This document shows positions 40,201-49,253 of a stretch of DNA of 64,000 bases, in pieces (the stretch's first letter is position 1; each line of letters starts with the position of its first letter). Under the pieces are notes generated by a model. The model was given only the letters and a program-made list of their open reading frames with translations. It ran no database searches and was not told the origin of the DNA. The position numbers were made by a program, and so were the translations under genes. This stretch comes from Candidatus Eiseniibacteriota bacterium. GTDB taxonomy: Bacteria > Eisenbacteria > RBG-16-71-46 > CAIMUX01 > VGJL01. The stretch spans positions 1,248,001 to 1,312,000 of the forward strand of contig CAWBWI010000003.1 of the NCBI GenBank assembly GCA_963792585.1, given 5' to 3'.

Positions 40201-40509
40201 TCGATGTTCCTTGCCCTGGGCAACGTGACGAACGTCGCGTCCGCTCTGGAGGGACTGGCAGCGCTCTCCGCGGAGTGCGGCAACGACGCAAACGCCGTCA
40301 AGGCCTATGGATCCGCCGCGGCCATCCGGTCCGCGGCCGGGATGCCGCCCATGCCGGACGAAGAGCGTCTCGTGGAGAAGACGCTCGACAGCGCACGTCT
40401 CCGCCTTGGAGACGCGCAGGTCTCGCGCCTCTTCGCCGAGGGTCAGTGCCTGACCGCTGACGCTGCCGTAGAGTGGGCGCTGCGCGAGATCACGCCTACT
40501 GACGGCTAG
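37252..40509 (+). CDS. Ser/Thr protein kinase fused to a STAND-like P-loop ATPase and TPR repeats
   Basis: Kinase motifs LGRGGMGVVY, VALK, HRDLKPGN, DFGL, GTPGYMSPEQ; NNLP...FIGR, Walker A GIGGAGKT, LLVIDNCEH, ATSRE, LDGIPLAIELAA; C-terminal TPRs. Confidence 0.93.
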   Translation: MEPSLIPEGDKGPEGPAGDPASQLPSEDPSQHDATVDLRMSPPAGAPTPANPDQPAATQVGRYPILRELGRGGMGVVYLVEDPTLGRTVALKRVPESLAQDAARLERFRQEARLLASLNHPNIATIHSLEEADGVCFLTMEAIAGETLADRLKQAPLALEESLRIARQIARAVETAHKRGIVHRDLKPGNIMFTPDLDVKVLDFGLASFADGTGVFGGFGTESESTVSEVSGTPGYMSPEQIEGAASDPRMDVWAFGCILFECLTGERAIRGKTLMERMRSTSADRPDLNLLPTTSPAALREMLKRCLAHSAADRSPSMSEPRQVVEELLAELTFQPGRSDPSEDRGAIPNNLPRHGSTFIGRTAEVAGVANLLADHRLVTLTGIGGAGKTRLALRVAETLLGTTYDGIWFVELAPLSSSEDIAGTIMVTLGIPESLDRTPIQAVSGHLAARRTLLVIDNCEHVIEGAARIASALLRDAPGLRILATSRERLAVDGEVCYATPLLELPDRSGPLDVAAAARCAAVELFLQRARQVGATIELSESNAPAIVEICRRLDGIPLAIELAASRLKMLGVEDVLRRMDDRFRLLTGGARGDLPHHRTLRALIDWSYEQLDPAEQALMQRLSVFAGGWTLEAAEAVAAGGEVNGWDILDLSSRLVDKSLIVADAASSDGTTRFRMLETVRAYAAERLEGGDEGAEIRRRHRDYFVALVTRAEPEFTGKEQARWYSRVAAEHDEIRRAFESCREPDADPAIGLRLAGALFRYWFTRGHWTEADTLCREVLLRANALAPTADTAKVLNSIGAVAIHRGHLDEARRYWRETLDVWTALDDPAGMGAARLNLGNVSYSAGDYASAARDYTESLEIYRRLDQPDGICRVLISLGNVALAQGDYEQSRTYARESVERLRRMGHAELTAHALITLGTAEVRLERNEEAAQHYQESLEIQKELGDRRNIAIATINLAVVFLAEKRFSEAHARFCDAASMFLALGNVTNVASALEGLAALSAECGNDANAVKAYGSAAAIRSAAGMPPMPDEERLVEKTLDSARLRLGDAQVSRLFAEGQCLTADAAVEWALREITPTDG

Positions 40510-40640
40510 GCGCTGCGAGGTTCAACTGGCGTGTCGCACACAGCCCGCGCGGGCGCTGGGTTTCCATTGCCCGCGCCGATCCGTGATCCGTTCTCCGAAG
40601 CGCCTTCGGCCCCGATGCTCCGAACGACGCACCGTCCGAC

Positions 40641-41498
40641 TCAAAGTGCAGGAGCGCGGAACGTGTCGCCCTGGGAGATGTCCCCGGTCTCATAGCCCCG
40701 CAGGAACCAACGCGCCCGTTGGGCCGCCGTTCCGTGGGTGAATGCATCGGGCGCCACATAGCCCTGTGATTCCATCTGGAGGCGGTCATCGCCGATCTGG
40801 CTCGCCGCGTTCAGCGCCTCCTCGATGTCTCCTTCTTCGAGGACTTGCCGGGATTGCTGCGCATGGTGCGCCCAAACTCCGGCAAGGAAATCCGCCTGCA
40901 GTTCCATCCGGACGGAGATCTCGTTGGCCTCCGTCTCGTCGGCGCGCGCGCGCATCGCGTCCACCTGGTCCATGATGCCTAGGAGGCGTTGGACGTGATG
41001 ACCGATTTCGTGCGCGATGACATAGGCTTGGGCGAAGTCACCGGGAGCACTGTGACGTGAGCGGAGGTCGGCGAAGAAGCTCAGGTCCAGGTAGACCTTC
41101 TTGTCCCCTGGGCAGTAGAAGGGACCGACGGCGGACTGGGCAAACCCGCAAGCGGAGCTCACGGCGCCCGTGTATAGAACCAAGGTCGGCTCCCGATAGG
41201 TCTCACCCATCGCTTCGAAGAGCGCCCTCCACGTGTCCTCCGTGTCGGCGAGGACGACGGAAGAGAAGTCCGCCAGTTGCTGCTCCTCCGCGCTGAATTC
41301 GGTCGGCGAAACGGATGTGTCGATCACCCCGCCCGTGGTTCCCGCCCCCTCGAGGAGTTCGAGCGGGTTGGTCCCCGTCAGCAGAGCGATCAGCGCAAGG
41401 ATGATGACGCCACCGGCGCCGAGGCCGGCGACGCCGCGACCACCCATGCCCCGCCGGTCCTCTACATTCGTGCTTCGACGGCCCATTTGCCAGCGCAT
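40641..41498 (-). CDS. ypfJ: Neutral zinc metallopeptidase, YpfJ family
   Basis: MRW..GRRSTNVEDRRG, SACG, GPFYCPGD.KVYLD, DFAQAYVIAHEIGHHVQ, ELQAD, FTHG. Confidence 0.93.
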   Translation of the reverse strand: MRWQMGRRSTNVEDRRGMGGRGVAGLGAGGVIILALIALLTGTNPLELLEGAGTTGGVIDTSVSPTEFSAEEQQLADFSSVVLADTEDTWRALFEAMGETYREPTLVLYTGAVSSACGFAQSAVGPFYCPGDKKVYLDLSFFADLRSRHSAPGDFAQAYVIAHEIGHHVQRLLGIMDQVDAMRARADETEANEISVRMELQADFLAGVWAHHAQQSRQVLEEGDIEEALNAASQIGDDRLQMESQGYVAPDAFTHGTAAQRARWFLRGYETGDISQGDTFRAPAL

Positions 41499-41807
41499 GA
41501 GGTTGCTCCTTTCGCCCATTCGGATCCACCCGGCCATCCAGGATCGCGCCGTGCGCAACGGCATTGAGCATGCAGGAGACGGTGCGCGATGGGGTGGCTC
41601 GAATCCCTCGCGAGGGAGAATAGCAGAGGACCGGCCAATTCACGAGAGAGGAGTGTCCGCCGAAGCAACCAGGAGAAAGGTCCGATGGGAGGCGTGTGAG
41701 CTCTCGACATCATGGTGACGGGTACGATTCGATGGCGGTCCCGCTGCGCGTGTGCTAACCTCTTTCCGCTCGCAACGGAACGTCCAACTCCACCGGAGGT
41801 GAACCCC

Positions 41808-42863
41808 ATGAGAAGACGCTGCGGTCCTCTATTCGGCGCGACACTTTGCTTCCTGCTCGGAACGCAGGTCCATGCCCAATTCCTGTTCGTGGGGCTGGAG
41901 GATTCCTCTCTCCCCACGAAGACCTCGACTCTGGTCGGTTTCCCGAACGTGTCCTGGGTGAACCGCTTCCCATTCGAGGTCAATGGCGCAGCCTGTGCTC
42001 CCAACGGGACGCTCTATCTCTGCAATGGTCCGTTCACGACCCGGCTCTACCGTTCCACGATCGCGGGGCCGCCGGAGTTCGTGACGAACATCGCGGTGGA
42101 TGTCCACGGTCTAGGCTTTGGGCGCGGTCGGCTCTACGGGTTCTCGAACTACGGAAGTCCCATGGGGATCTACGCCATCGATCCCGTCAACGGCTCGGCC
42201 ACGCTTGCCGTCGACACCAGTCCCCAGGGCTTTCGGTTCTTCGGTCTCGATTACAACCCGCTGGATGATTCACTCTACGGCTTCACGGAGTACGGGACAT
42301 CGGGCCTGTACAGGATTGACATCGATTCCGGGACGATGGTGCGCCTCGTCTCCACGCCGCCTGGAGTGGGTGGACAGGGGCGAGCCCTGGCTGTTGGGAA
42401 CAATACGGTCTACCTCCTCGCCACGCGCGGCGACGAGGGCGAACCGTGCTTCGCGTATGACCTGGCGCAGGGCGTCGGCGGTTCCTGGGTGGCGTTCACG
42501 AACCCGTATCCGGCGAATCACAACACGGGAGGGGCCGCGTGGATTCCGAACCCCGCCGGCATCGGCGACGCGGAGTCGGGCTCCGACGGCCTGAGGCTGC
42601 AGCTTTCGGGCGCGCACCCGTGCGCGGACAGCGCGACGTTGCTCTGTAGCTTCCCGCAGGGCGGCGACGCGCGGTTGGAGATCTTCGACACGCTCGGACG
42701 GCGCGTCGCGACGCCGTTCTTCGGATCCGTTTCCGCCGGGACGCGCGCCATCGTATGGGACCTGCGATCGGACGAGGACCGACGAGTGCCCGGAGGCGCC
42801 TACTTCGCCCGGCTCGTCCATGCGGGGGAGATGCAAACGGAACGTGTCCTCGTCGTGCCGTAG
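41808..42863 (+). CDS. Secreted beta-propeller-like protein with C-terminal FlgD-Ig-like domain
   Basis: GGAGGT RBS; signal peptide; repeated LYG...IY.ID...G; C-terminal IFDTLGRRVAT...WDLRS.....VPGGAYFARL. Confidence 0.78.
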   Translation: MRRRCGPLFGATLCFLLGTQVHAQFLFVGLEDSSLPTKTSTLVGFPNVSWVNRFPFEVNGAACAPNGTLYLCNGPFTTRLYRSTIAGPPEFVTNIAVDVHGLGFGRGRLYGFSNYGSPMGIYAIDPVNGSATLAVDTSPQGFRFFGLDYNPLDDSLYGFTEYGTSGLYRIDIDSGTMVRLVSTPPGVGGQGRALAVGNNTVYLLATRGDEGEPCFAYDLAQGVGGSWVAFTNPYPANHNTGGAAWIPNPAGIGDAESGSDGLRLQLSGAHPCADSATLLCSFPQGGDARLEIFDTLGRRVATPFFGSVSAGTRAIVWDLRSDEDRRVPGGAYFARLVHAGEMQTERVLVVP

Positions 42864-43116
42864 TGACGAACAACCTGGATCCTCTCGGCCGGGCCGGGTC
42901 TGGGTGTGCCAATTCCGATAATGGCTATCAATTCAGACGATACGGACGGCCATTCCATCGTCCGCGCCGGACGCGGCAATTGTTAAGGGTTTCACAGGAC
43001 TCGCGCGGAGGGTGGACTCGGGTGCAGAAGGACGGGAGACGGGTGGAGAAGGACGTGAGGGAGGATCCGGTCAGCGGCCTGATTGGTCTCGAATCAAGAT
43101 CTGAGGTTCGCCGGGA

Positions 43117-43146
43117 TTGCATGAAGTCTCCGGATGGGCTTACAAT
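43117..43146 (+). promoter_or_regulatory. Putative sigma70 promoter
   Basis: TTGCAT-N18-TACAAT, about 215 nt upstream of ATG 43364. Confidence 0.45.
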
Positions 43147-43363
43147 ACTCCCCACGGAATGGGGCCGCAGGCGCGGCATCAGATCGTAGGAAGAACAGCG
43201 TCGATACGGCCGCCTGATTCGAAGACCCGTCCTCATTCCCGGCCGGCTGCTCGGAGCCGGTGTGCTTCGCTGCATTCACGCCCTCGGCCTGAAGGGTACC
43301 CAAGACCGGGGGGTGTAATTCGCTTCACTTCGTCCTTCAACACGAAGGACAGGAGGAGTCCAC

Positions 43364-44029
43364 ATGAGACTTTTGTTAGCTGCATTGATGGTAGCTGCGT
43401 GCTTCGGGGTCATGGCGACCGTCGCCACCGCGGAGCACATCACGATCGCTCCGGAGGGCACCGACATCGTTCCTCCGGGTGGTGGCGGTCGCGTGCCCTG
43501 TGACGTCACCCTCCGTTATGACGACGGAATCGACGACACTCCGGGCAGCGGACCGACGCTGGGCTGGTATACGGGTACGAATTACCAGTTCCTCGGTGTT
43601 CGGTTCACGCCGGCAGCGGACCAGTCCTACATGGTCCAGAGCGCGAGCTGGTATTCCGATTTCTGGGTCCTTCCCGGCAACGTCGACGTTGAGGCACAGG
43701 AATGGGGCAACCCAACCAACATGACCTCGGCGACGATCAACGTTACCGGCGGCGGCACCTGGGAGGTCGAGTTCGCCACCCCGATCTGCATTCCGCGGGG
43801 TGGGGAGTACGTCATCATGATCTGCCCGCAGCGGAACGTCTTCGGTGTGGTCGGAGAGGACCTGTCCTCGCCCGACGGACGTTCTTACTGGGTGGCGGAT
43901 CCGGGCGGATGCGCCCCCGTGAATGCGTCCGGCGGGAATGACTACATGATCTGGTCCTGCGTGACCCCTTGCGGCGCGACGCCGACCGAGGGCAGAAGCT
44001 GGGGACAGGTCAAGAGTCTCTATCGCTAG
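43364..44029 (+). CDS. Secreted hypothetical protein with C-terminal SWGQVKSLYR tail
   Basis: AGGAGG RBS; signal peptide; LRYDDG beta-sandwich-like body; terminal TPTEGRSWGQVKSLYR. Confidence 0.82.
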   Translation: MRLLLAALMVAACFGVMATVATAEHITIAPEGTDIVPPGGGGRVPCDVTLRYDDGIDDTPGSGPTLGWYTGTNYQFLGVRFTPAADQSYMVQSASWYSDFWVLPGNVDVEAQEWGNPTNMTSATINVTGGGTWEVEFATPICIPRGGEYVIMICPQRNVFGVVGEDLSSPDGRSYWVADPGGCAPVNASGGNDYMIWSCVTPCGATPTEGRSWGQVKSLYR

Positions 44030-44076
44030 TTCGAGGACTGCTTCCGGGGTGAACGTCCCGGATGGTTGATCGACAG

Positions 44077-44110
44077 AGAACAGCCCGGCCTCACGGCTGG
44101 GCTGTTTTCT
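44077..44110 (+). terminator. Rho-independent terminator
   Basis: AACAGCCCGGCC-TCAC-GGCTGGGCTGTT stem followed by TTTTCT. Confidence 0.7.
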
Positions 44111-44163
44111 GTCGCCGGGCGAGGCGCTTGCGCGCGTCGCCGACTCTGTTAGGATCCCCCTGC

Positions 44164-45159
44164 ATGAGCCGCCTGCGCGATCCGGGGTCCCGCGAGCCGT
44201 CTCGACTCATCGGCCTATGGGCGATTCCCGCGCTGCTCCTGACGCTGGCAACCGGGGCCTGTGAGCGCCATCGCTCGGAAGAGGCTGAGCCCTCCGAACC
44301 ATCGTCCGCCGCCTCCGAGTCCCTGTCCGCGGCCGTGACAACCGTCACGACCGATGGGTCGCGGTGGCGCCCCGCATACCGGCGAACCTACGTGGTGGGC
44401 CCCGCGTGGCTCGCGGGTTTACGCGATTCGCTGGGAATGGATGGATTCCGGCAAGTCCTCAAGGTCAATCGCGTCGATCTCGCACACGTCCGCAAGGGAG
44501 ACTCGCTGGTGATTCCCCTACGGGCTTTCGTTGAGACCGAGAGTGATGGAATCAACTCGTCGTCGGCCCGCTCACGAGGATCCACGGACCTCCCGAGGAC
44601 TCCACAGCCCGAAGACAGCCTCTTCTTCTCGCCATTCCCGAGAATCCTCGAGGAGCAAGCGGCGCTGCCGAAACTCCTGCTCATCTCGATCCGCGTGCAG
44701 GCCTTCGCCGCCTACAACTACGGGAAACTCGCGCAGTGGGGGCCGACGAGCACGGGGAGGAGGGAGTCGCCGACCCCCGAGGGTCTCTACCACACGAACT
44801 GGAAGGACAAGGAGCGGACCAGCACGGTGAACGACGAGTGGCTCCTCACCTGGTATGTGAACCTCGACAATCTGCTCGGCGTCTCCCTCCACCAGTACGC
44901 GCTCCCCGGGCGGCCCGCGAGTCATTCCTGTGTGCGCCTGCTCGAGGGGGATGCCCGCTGGCTGTATGCCTGGTCGGAGCAGTGGAAGCTCTCACCGGAT
45001 GGCGCGACGATTCAGGAGCCGGGAACTCCGGTCGTGGTGTTCGGCTCCTATGCCTACGGCAAGCGACCCCCATGGAAGGGCCTTGCGAAGGACCCGGCGG
45101 CGGCCGCCGTTCCCCTCTCTGAAGTCGAAATGGCGCTGCGAAGCTACCTGAGACCCTGA
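44164..45159 (+). CDS. L,D-transpeptidase (YkuD family), probable lipoprotein
   Basis: Lipobox-like TGAC; WGPTSTG....PTPEG.Y; catalytic SLHQYALPGRPASHSCVRL. Confidence 0.9.
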   Translation: MSRLRDPGSREPSRLIGLWAIPALLLTLATGACERHRSEEAEPSEPSSAASESLSAAVTTVTTDGSRWRPAYRRTYVVGPAWLAGLRDSLGMDGFRQVLKVNRVDLAHVRKGDSLVIPLRAFVETESDGINSSSARSRGSTDLPRTPQPEDSLFFSPFPRILEEQAALPKLLLISIRVQAFAAYNYGKLAQWGPTSTGRRESPTPEGLYHTNWKDKERTSTVNDEWLLTWYVNLDNLLGVSLHQYALPGRPASHSCVRLLEGDARWLYAWSEQWKLSPDGATIQEPGTPVVVFGSYAYGKRPPWKGLAKDPAAAAVPLSEVEMALRSYLRP

Positions 45160-45221
45160 GTCGCGCTTCCCGGTCCGTGGCCGCAGACAGGGGCGTCGGA
45201 TATCCGACACCCCCATCCTCG

Positions 45222-47129
45222 CTAACGCGCCGAGATTCCGGGGCCGAGCAGGACGACTCGCCGGGAGCCGAGGTCCCGCCCGTCGATCCGCATCCGCAGG
45301 AAGTAGACGCCCGGGGCCAACGGCGCGCCCGTTTCGTTCCTGCCGTCGAAGGCGAGCTCGTTGTCTCCCCGACCGCAGCGGATGACGATGCTGCGGACAC
45401 GGCGTCCTGCCGGGTCGTGGACCATGAACGTACCCGCGCACTCCTTGTCCGAAACGTAGCGTATGCGGAAACCGGAACTCGCCGGATTCGGATACGCGCC
45501 TGCGAGTCGGGCGCTCAGGACGGTTGCGGAACCGCCTTGCGGATCCTCCGGGCCGTTTGCGGGCAGCACCTGGAACTCCGCGGTGGATGCCACGCACAGA
45601 TCCTCGTGGATAGCGTTCCGGTAGGAGACATACCAGCCAAGATCACCCGTGACGGAGACATCCGGCGTCACCTGGCCCGTGGAGGTCGTGCCTACCGAGT
45701 CGGCAACCGTGCGGATGACGTAGGCCGACTCCGGGACGATCTCGGCAACCCGCAGGGACTGAACCCCTGCGGCATCCCTCGCGACATAGGCGCATTCGAG
45801 TCTTCCCGTCGGGCCCAGGAACATGGACGCCTGCTGACCCGCGTTCGGGTTCGGATCGACCAGGGTTGCGAGCCAAGGTCGTGCCCGGAGTCGCGAATGG
45901 GCAAGCATGGTGGCGCCGTTGCGTCCGTCGTACTCACTGAACAGGAATCCGTCTGCCGGGTCGTAGGTCAGGTCGCAGAACGCTCCGCGTGAAGGGCCCG
46001 TATCGACGGTGACCGGCGAACTCCAGGAACCGTCTTCGTATCGAGCGTGCATCAGGGAACCCATGGTCTCGTCACGGAACGCGGCGCCCAGGACTCCGTC
46101 CGCGATCGGTATCACGGACAGACCGCGACCGAGGTCGTCCTCGTGGGATGTTGCCGGCCGCACGGTCCACGACGGGGCATGGAGCACGGGGTCGAGGCAG
46201 AGCTCGGCGCCGGTCCCCGGGTCGTACTCGCTGAACGCGAATCCGATTTCCGCTTTCTCCGCGATGTCGAAGGAGTCGCCCCGATTCGGACCCGGGTCGA
46301 CCGTGACCGGACTCGACCACGCGGCCCCTTCTCTTCGGACATACTGCAAGGAGCCACGGGTCACGTTCTTGAACGCCGCAACGAGGCTGCCGTCCAGGGC
46401 AGGCAGGAGTTTGAGTTGCGTCCCGACGTTGTCGGCCTGGGAGGTGGCCGGGACGATCACCCAGGGCGGGTCGTCGAGCACCGGGTCCGCGAGAAGCACG
46501 GCACCCTCGGTCGGCGCGTACTCACTGAAGGCGTATCCGACGCCCGATCGATAGGTGAGATCGAAATACTGCCCCCGACTCGGTCCCGGATCGACCACGA
46601 CGGGAGCGCCCCAAACGCCCGCTTCCCGGCAGACGAGTTGGAGGGCGCCCTGCGTCTCGTTTCGGTACGCTACGCCGAATTCGCCCGTGGGAAGTTGAAG
46701 GACGCTCGCCGACCGACCGACATCGCCGCTCTGGACCACGGGTTGCAGGCTCCAGCTGTGGACCGCCTCCGGACCCGCATACCAGGAGGCGCCCAGGTCG
46801 TTGCGATGATAGGCGGCGCGCTTCCCGCCCGCCGGATCGATGGCAAGGGCCCCGGATCCATCCACGAATCCCGAGGCGTCGATCACGCTCGGGGAGGCCC
46901 AACTACCGGACATGCGTGAGATGAACTTCAACGTGTGATTGTCATTCCTGAGATAGACGACGTGAAGGTCCCCCGAGGAGTCCATCTGGACATCGGGGTA
47001 CCGGCCGACGTCGCCGGTCGCATCGATCGTTGTGATCGTCCAGGTCTGTGCCGGGACGGGCGTCGCGAGGATGCCGCCCGCGAGCGCGACGAGACCGATG
47101 GACAAACCCAGGAAGCTTCTTGTGCCCAT
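45222..47129 (-). CDS. Secreted tandem-repeat beta-rich protein with C-terminal FlgD-Ig-like domain
   Basis: Signal peptide MGTRSFLGLSIGLVALAGG; ~100-aa repeats W..PV.VD.GP.RG...D......F.FSEY; C-terminal YPNP...HDPAGRRVRS...FDGRNETG..LAPGVYFLR. Confidence 0.82.
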   Translation of the reverse strand: MGTRSFLGLSIGLVALAGGILATPVPAQTWTITTIDATGDVGRYPDVQMDSSGDLHVVYLRNDNHTLKFISRMSGSWASPSVIDASGFVDGSGALAIDPAGGKRAAYHRNDLGASWYAGPEAVHSWSLQPVVQSGDVGRSASVLQLPTGEFGVAYRNETQGALQLVCREAGVWGAPVVVDPGPSRGQYFDLTYRSGVGYAFSEYAPTEGAVLLADPVLDDPPWVIVPATSQADNVGTQLKLLPALDGSLVAAFKNVTRGSLQYVRREGAAWSSPVTVDPGPNRGDSFDIAEKAEIGFAFSEYDPGTGAELCLDPVLHAPSWTVRPATSHEDDLGRGLSVIPIADGVLGAAFRDETMGSLMHARYEDGSWSSPVTVDTGPSRGAFCDLTYDPADGFLFSEYDGRNGATMLAHSRLRARPWLATLVDPNPNAGQQASMFLGPTGRLECAYVARDAAGVQSLRVAEIVPESAYVIRTVADSVGTTSTGQVTPDVSVTGDLGWYVSYRNAIHEDLCVASTAEFQVLPANGPEDPQGGSATVLSARLAGAYPNPASSGFRIRYVSDKECAGTFMVHDPAGRRVRSIVIRCGRGDNELAFDGRNETGAPLAPGVYFLRMRIDGRDLGSRRVVLLGPGISAR

Positions 47130-47158
47130 CTTTTCACCCCCATCCTTGCCGGATCCCA

Positions 47159-47971
47159 CTACGGAGTGAGGGTCGCGTGCTTCAGGTCGCCATTGGTGGT
47201 GTCGTAATAGACGATGTGCACGTGATCGGAAGTGTCGACGAGGATCGAACAGTAGTCGCCCACGTTTCCCGTGACATCGACCGTGGAGACCTGCCAGGTC
47301 GTAGCATCCCAGGTCTTGGTCGCGTACATGAGGTTGTCGCCGTCGTTCTCGTAGAAGCTGACGTGCATGTTGTGCGAAGAATCGACCGCGACGGAGGCGC
47401 CCCTGGTCGCGTTGTGGACCGGATCGACGTTCGTGCTGCTCCAAGCCCCGCTCACCGGGTCCCGTTTGAATACGTAGGGCTTGTCGTTCTCTCGATTTGC
47501 GGCGATGACCGGCACGAGGTCGGCGCCGATCGGCACCAGGGTGAAATCGACATAGGTCGATGTCGGGGCGCCCGTGACGGTCTCGGGCCCGAGGACCCAT
47601 GTCTGCGTGGAGGGATTGTAGATGCCGTACTTCACATTGGGAGCGGAGTATCGGCCGTATGCGAGGTGGATTCGGTCCTGGGAGTCCACCAAGGCCTCGA
47701 ACGCATACGGGGAGTTGACATAGGTGTCGAGGTACTTGAACTGCCAGCCGCCGAGGTCACCCTCGCCGGGCACCCACCAGGCCAGGTAGAGATCGCCGCC
47801 TCGCTTGTAGAAGATGTAGGGCGTTCCGTCGGCCGTCGTCACGATCTGCGAGTCGTAACCGGCGTCGCCGGCGTCATCGACGATCTGGAGATTCCAGGTC
47901 TGAGCCTGGGAGGTACCCACCAAGAGGACCAAACCGAGGACGGCCATGGCCAGGGGAATTGCGAATTTCAT
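47159..47971 (-). CDS. Secreted beta-repeat protein without a C-terminal sorting domain
   Basis: GGAGGT RBS; signal peptide; repeats such as VDVTGNVGDYCSILVDTSDHVHIVYYDTTNGDLKHA. Confidence 0.82.
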   Translation of the reverse strand: MKFAIPLAMAVLGLVLLVGTSQAQTWNLQIVDDAGDAGYDSQIVTTADGTPYIFYKRGGDLYLAWWVPGEGDLGGWQFKYLDTYVNSPYAFEALVDSQDRIHLAYGRYSAPNVKYGIYNPSTQTWVLGPETVTGAPTSTYVDFTLVPIGADLVPVIAANRENDKPYVFKRDPVSGAWSSTNVDPVHNATRGASVAVDSSHNMHVSFYENDGDNLMYATKTWDATTWQVSTVDVTGNVGDYCSILVDTSDHVHIVYYDTTNGDLKHATLTP

Positions 47972-48331
47972 CGGACCAACCTCCTGTTCGAGCGGACGTT
48001 GCGTCGCGCCGCAAGCGCGGCAGTTGAACGCGTCGAGCGGGGCGGGCCGCCGCGTGAACGACCCATTGGATCCCTGGAAGTTCCGCCCCCTGTGGGGAAG
48101 TGGAAAGCGTCGATGACGTCATCGGTCATTGACCGATCGGCGCCGCCCTTGGCTTCTTCGGGACCAACATCCGATCGTGGGACGCGGGAGGTGGTCGGAA
48201 ATCACATGGAAGATTGGGGCTCGATCGAATGGATCGGAGCAGGGCACGCCGGCGAGCCGGCAGTCTGCGGCGTCGCGCGGGGTCGGGCGGGGCGCTGATC
48301 AAGTCCGGGGTGGTCCCGGTGGAAACGGAGG

Positions 48332-49150
48332 TCAGTCTCCCACGTAGAGTTTTGCGGCCTTCTCCGCGGAGGTGACGATGCCCTGGATCATCGCGGAGCT
48401 GAACCCCTCGTGCTCCATCCGATTGAGACCCGATATCGTGCAGCCACGCGGAGTCGTCACCTTGTCGATCTTCTCCTCGGGATGGCTTGTATCGACGAGG
48501 AGGAGCGAGGCGGCCCCCTTCGCGGTCTGTGCGGCCATCATGAGGGCTTCCGCCGCATGGAAGCCGATCTCGATTCCGCCCTGGGATGCCGCCCTCACGG
48601 CGCGCAGGAAGAAGGCGATCCCGCAGGCGCATAGCGCCGTGGCCGGGACCATCTGCTCCTCGTCGATCACGAGCGTTCGGCCGAGTTCGTCGAAGAGCGA
48701 GCAGGTGAGTTCGAGCGCCTTTTCCTCGCCGGGGCCGGCGGCGACGCAGGTCATCGACTCGCCAATCGCAATGGCCGTATTCGGCATGGCGCGGACGATG
48801 GAGAGAGATTTGCCGATTCGCTCCCGGAGCTTCTCGCACGTCATTCCCGAGACCACCGATATCAGGAGGTGGCGATGGGGGTCGAGTCCGTCCCGGATCT
48901 CCATGAGCAGCGCGTCGGCGTGCTGCGGATCGACGGCGAGGATCACGATGCGGGCGGCGGCGACCGCGGCCCGGTTGTCCGCGGTGGTGCGGAATCCCCT
49001 TCGCTCGAGGTCGGAAAGGAGGTGAACCTTTCTGCGGGTGAGAGTGATCGACTCCGCAGGATGGCGGCCGGATCGGCCGAGCCCCTCCGCGATCGCCGTC
49101 CCGATATTGCCGCACCCCAGGATCGCGATCGTCTGTCCGGACCCGCTCAT
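48332..49150 (-). CDS. proC: Pyrroline-5-carboxylate reductase
   Basis: IAILGCGNIG, IVRAMPNTA, VTTPRGCTISGL..ME. Confidence 0.95.
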   Translation of the reverse strand: MSGSGQTIAILGCGNIGTAIAEGLGRSGRHPAESITLTRRKVHLLSDLERRGFRTTADNRAAVAAARIVILAVDPQHADALLMEIRDGLDPHRHLLISVVSGMTCEKLRERIGKSLSIVRAMPNTAIAIGESMTCVAAGPGEEKALELTCSLFDELGRTLVIDEEQMVPATALCACGIAFFLRAVRAASQGGIEIGFHAAEALMMAAQTAKGAASLLLVDTSHPEEKIDKVTTPRGCTISGLNRMEHEGFSSAMIQGIVTSAEKAAKLYVGD

Positions 49151-49253
49151 CTGAGATTCCCTCCCATTGCTACGCATGCGCGACTTTCATGGCTGAGAGG
49201 ATGGCACCGAACCCTCGGCCGCGCCAGGAGGAAGACTCTACGAAGAGCGGGCC

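Noticed and set aside
41575..41640. GGCTCGAATCCC resembling a tRNA T-arm
   Set aside because: I could not build a cloverleaf, acceptor stem or CCA end around it on either strand.
42864..43363. 500-bp intergenic region as a possible small ORF or ncRNA
   Set aside because: No convincing ORF with an RBS and no recognisable RNA family. It is best explained as a promoter plus leader.
47130..47600. N-terminal 157 aa of the 792-aa ORF 45222-47600
   Set aside because: It overlaps the upstream gene in another frame. The real start is MGTRSF at 47129, which gives a clean signal peptide.
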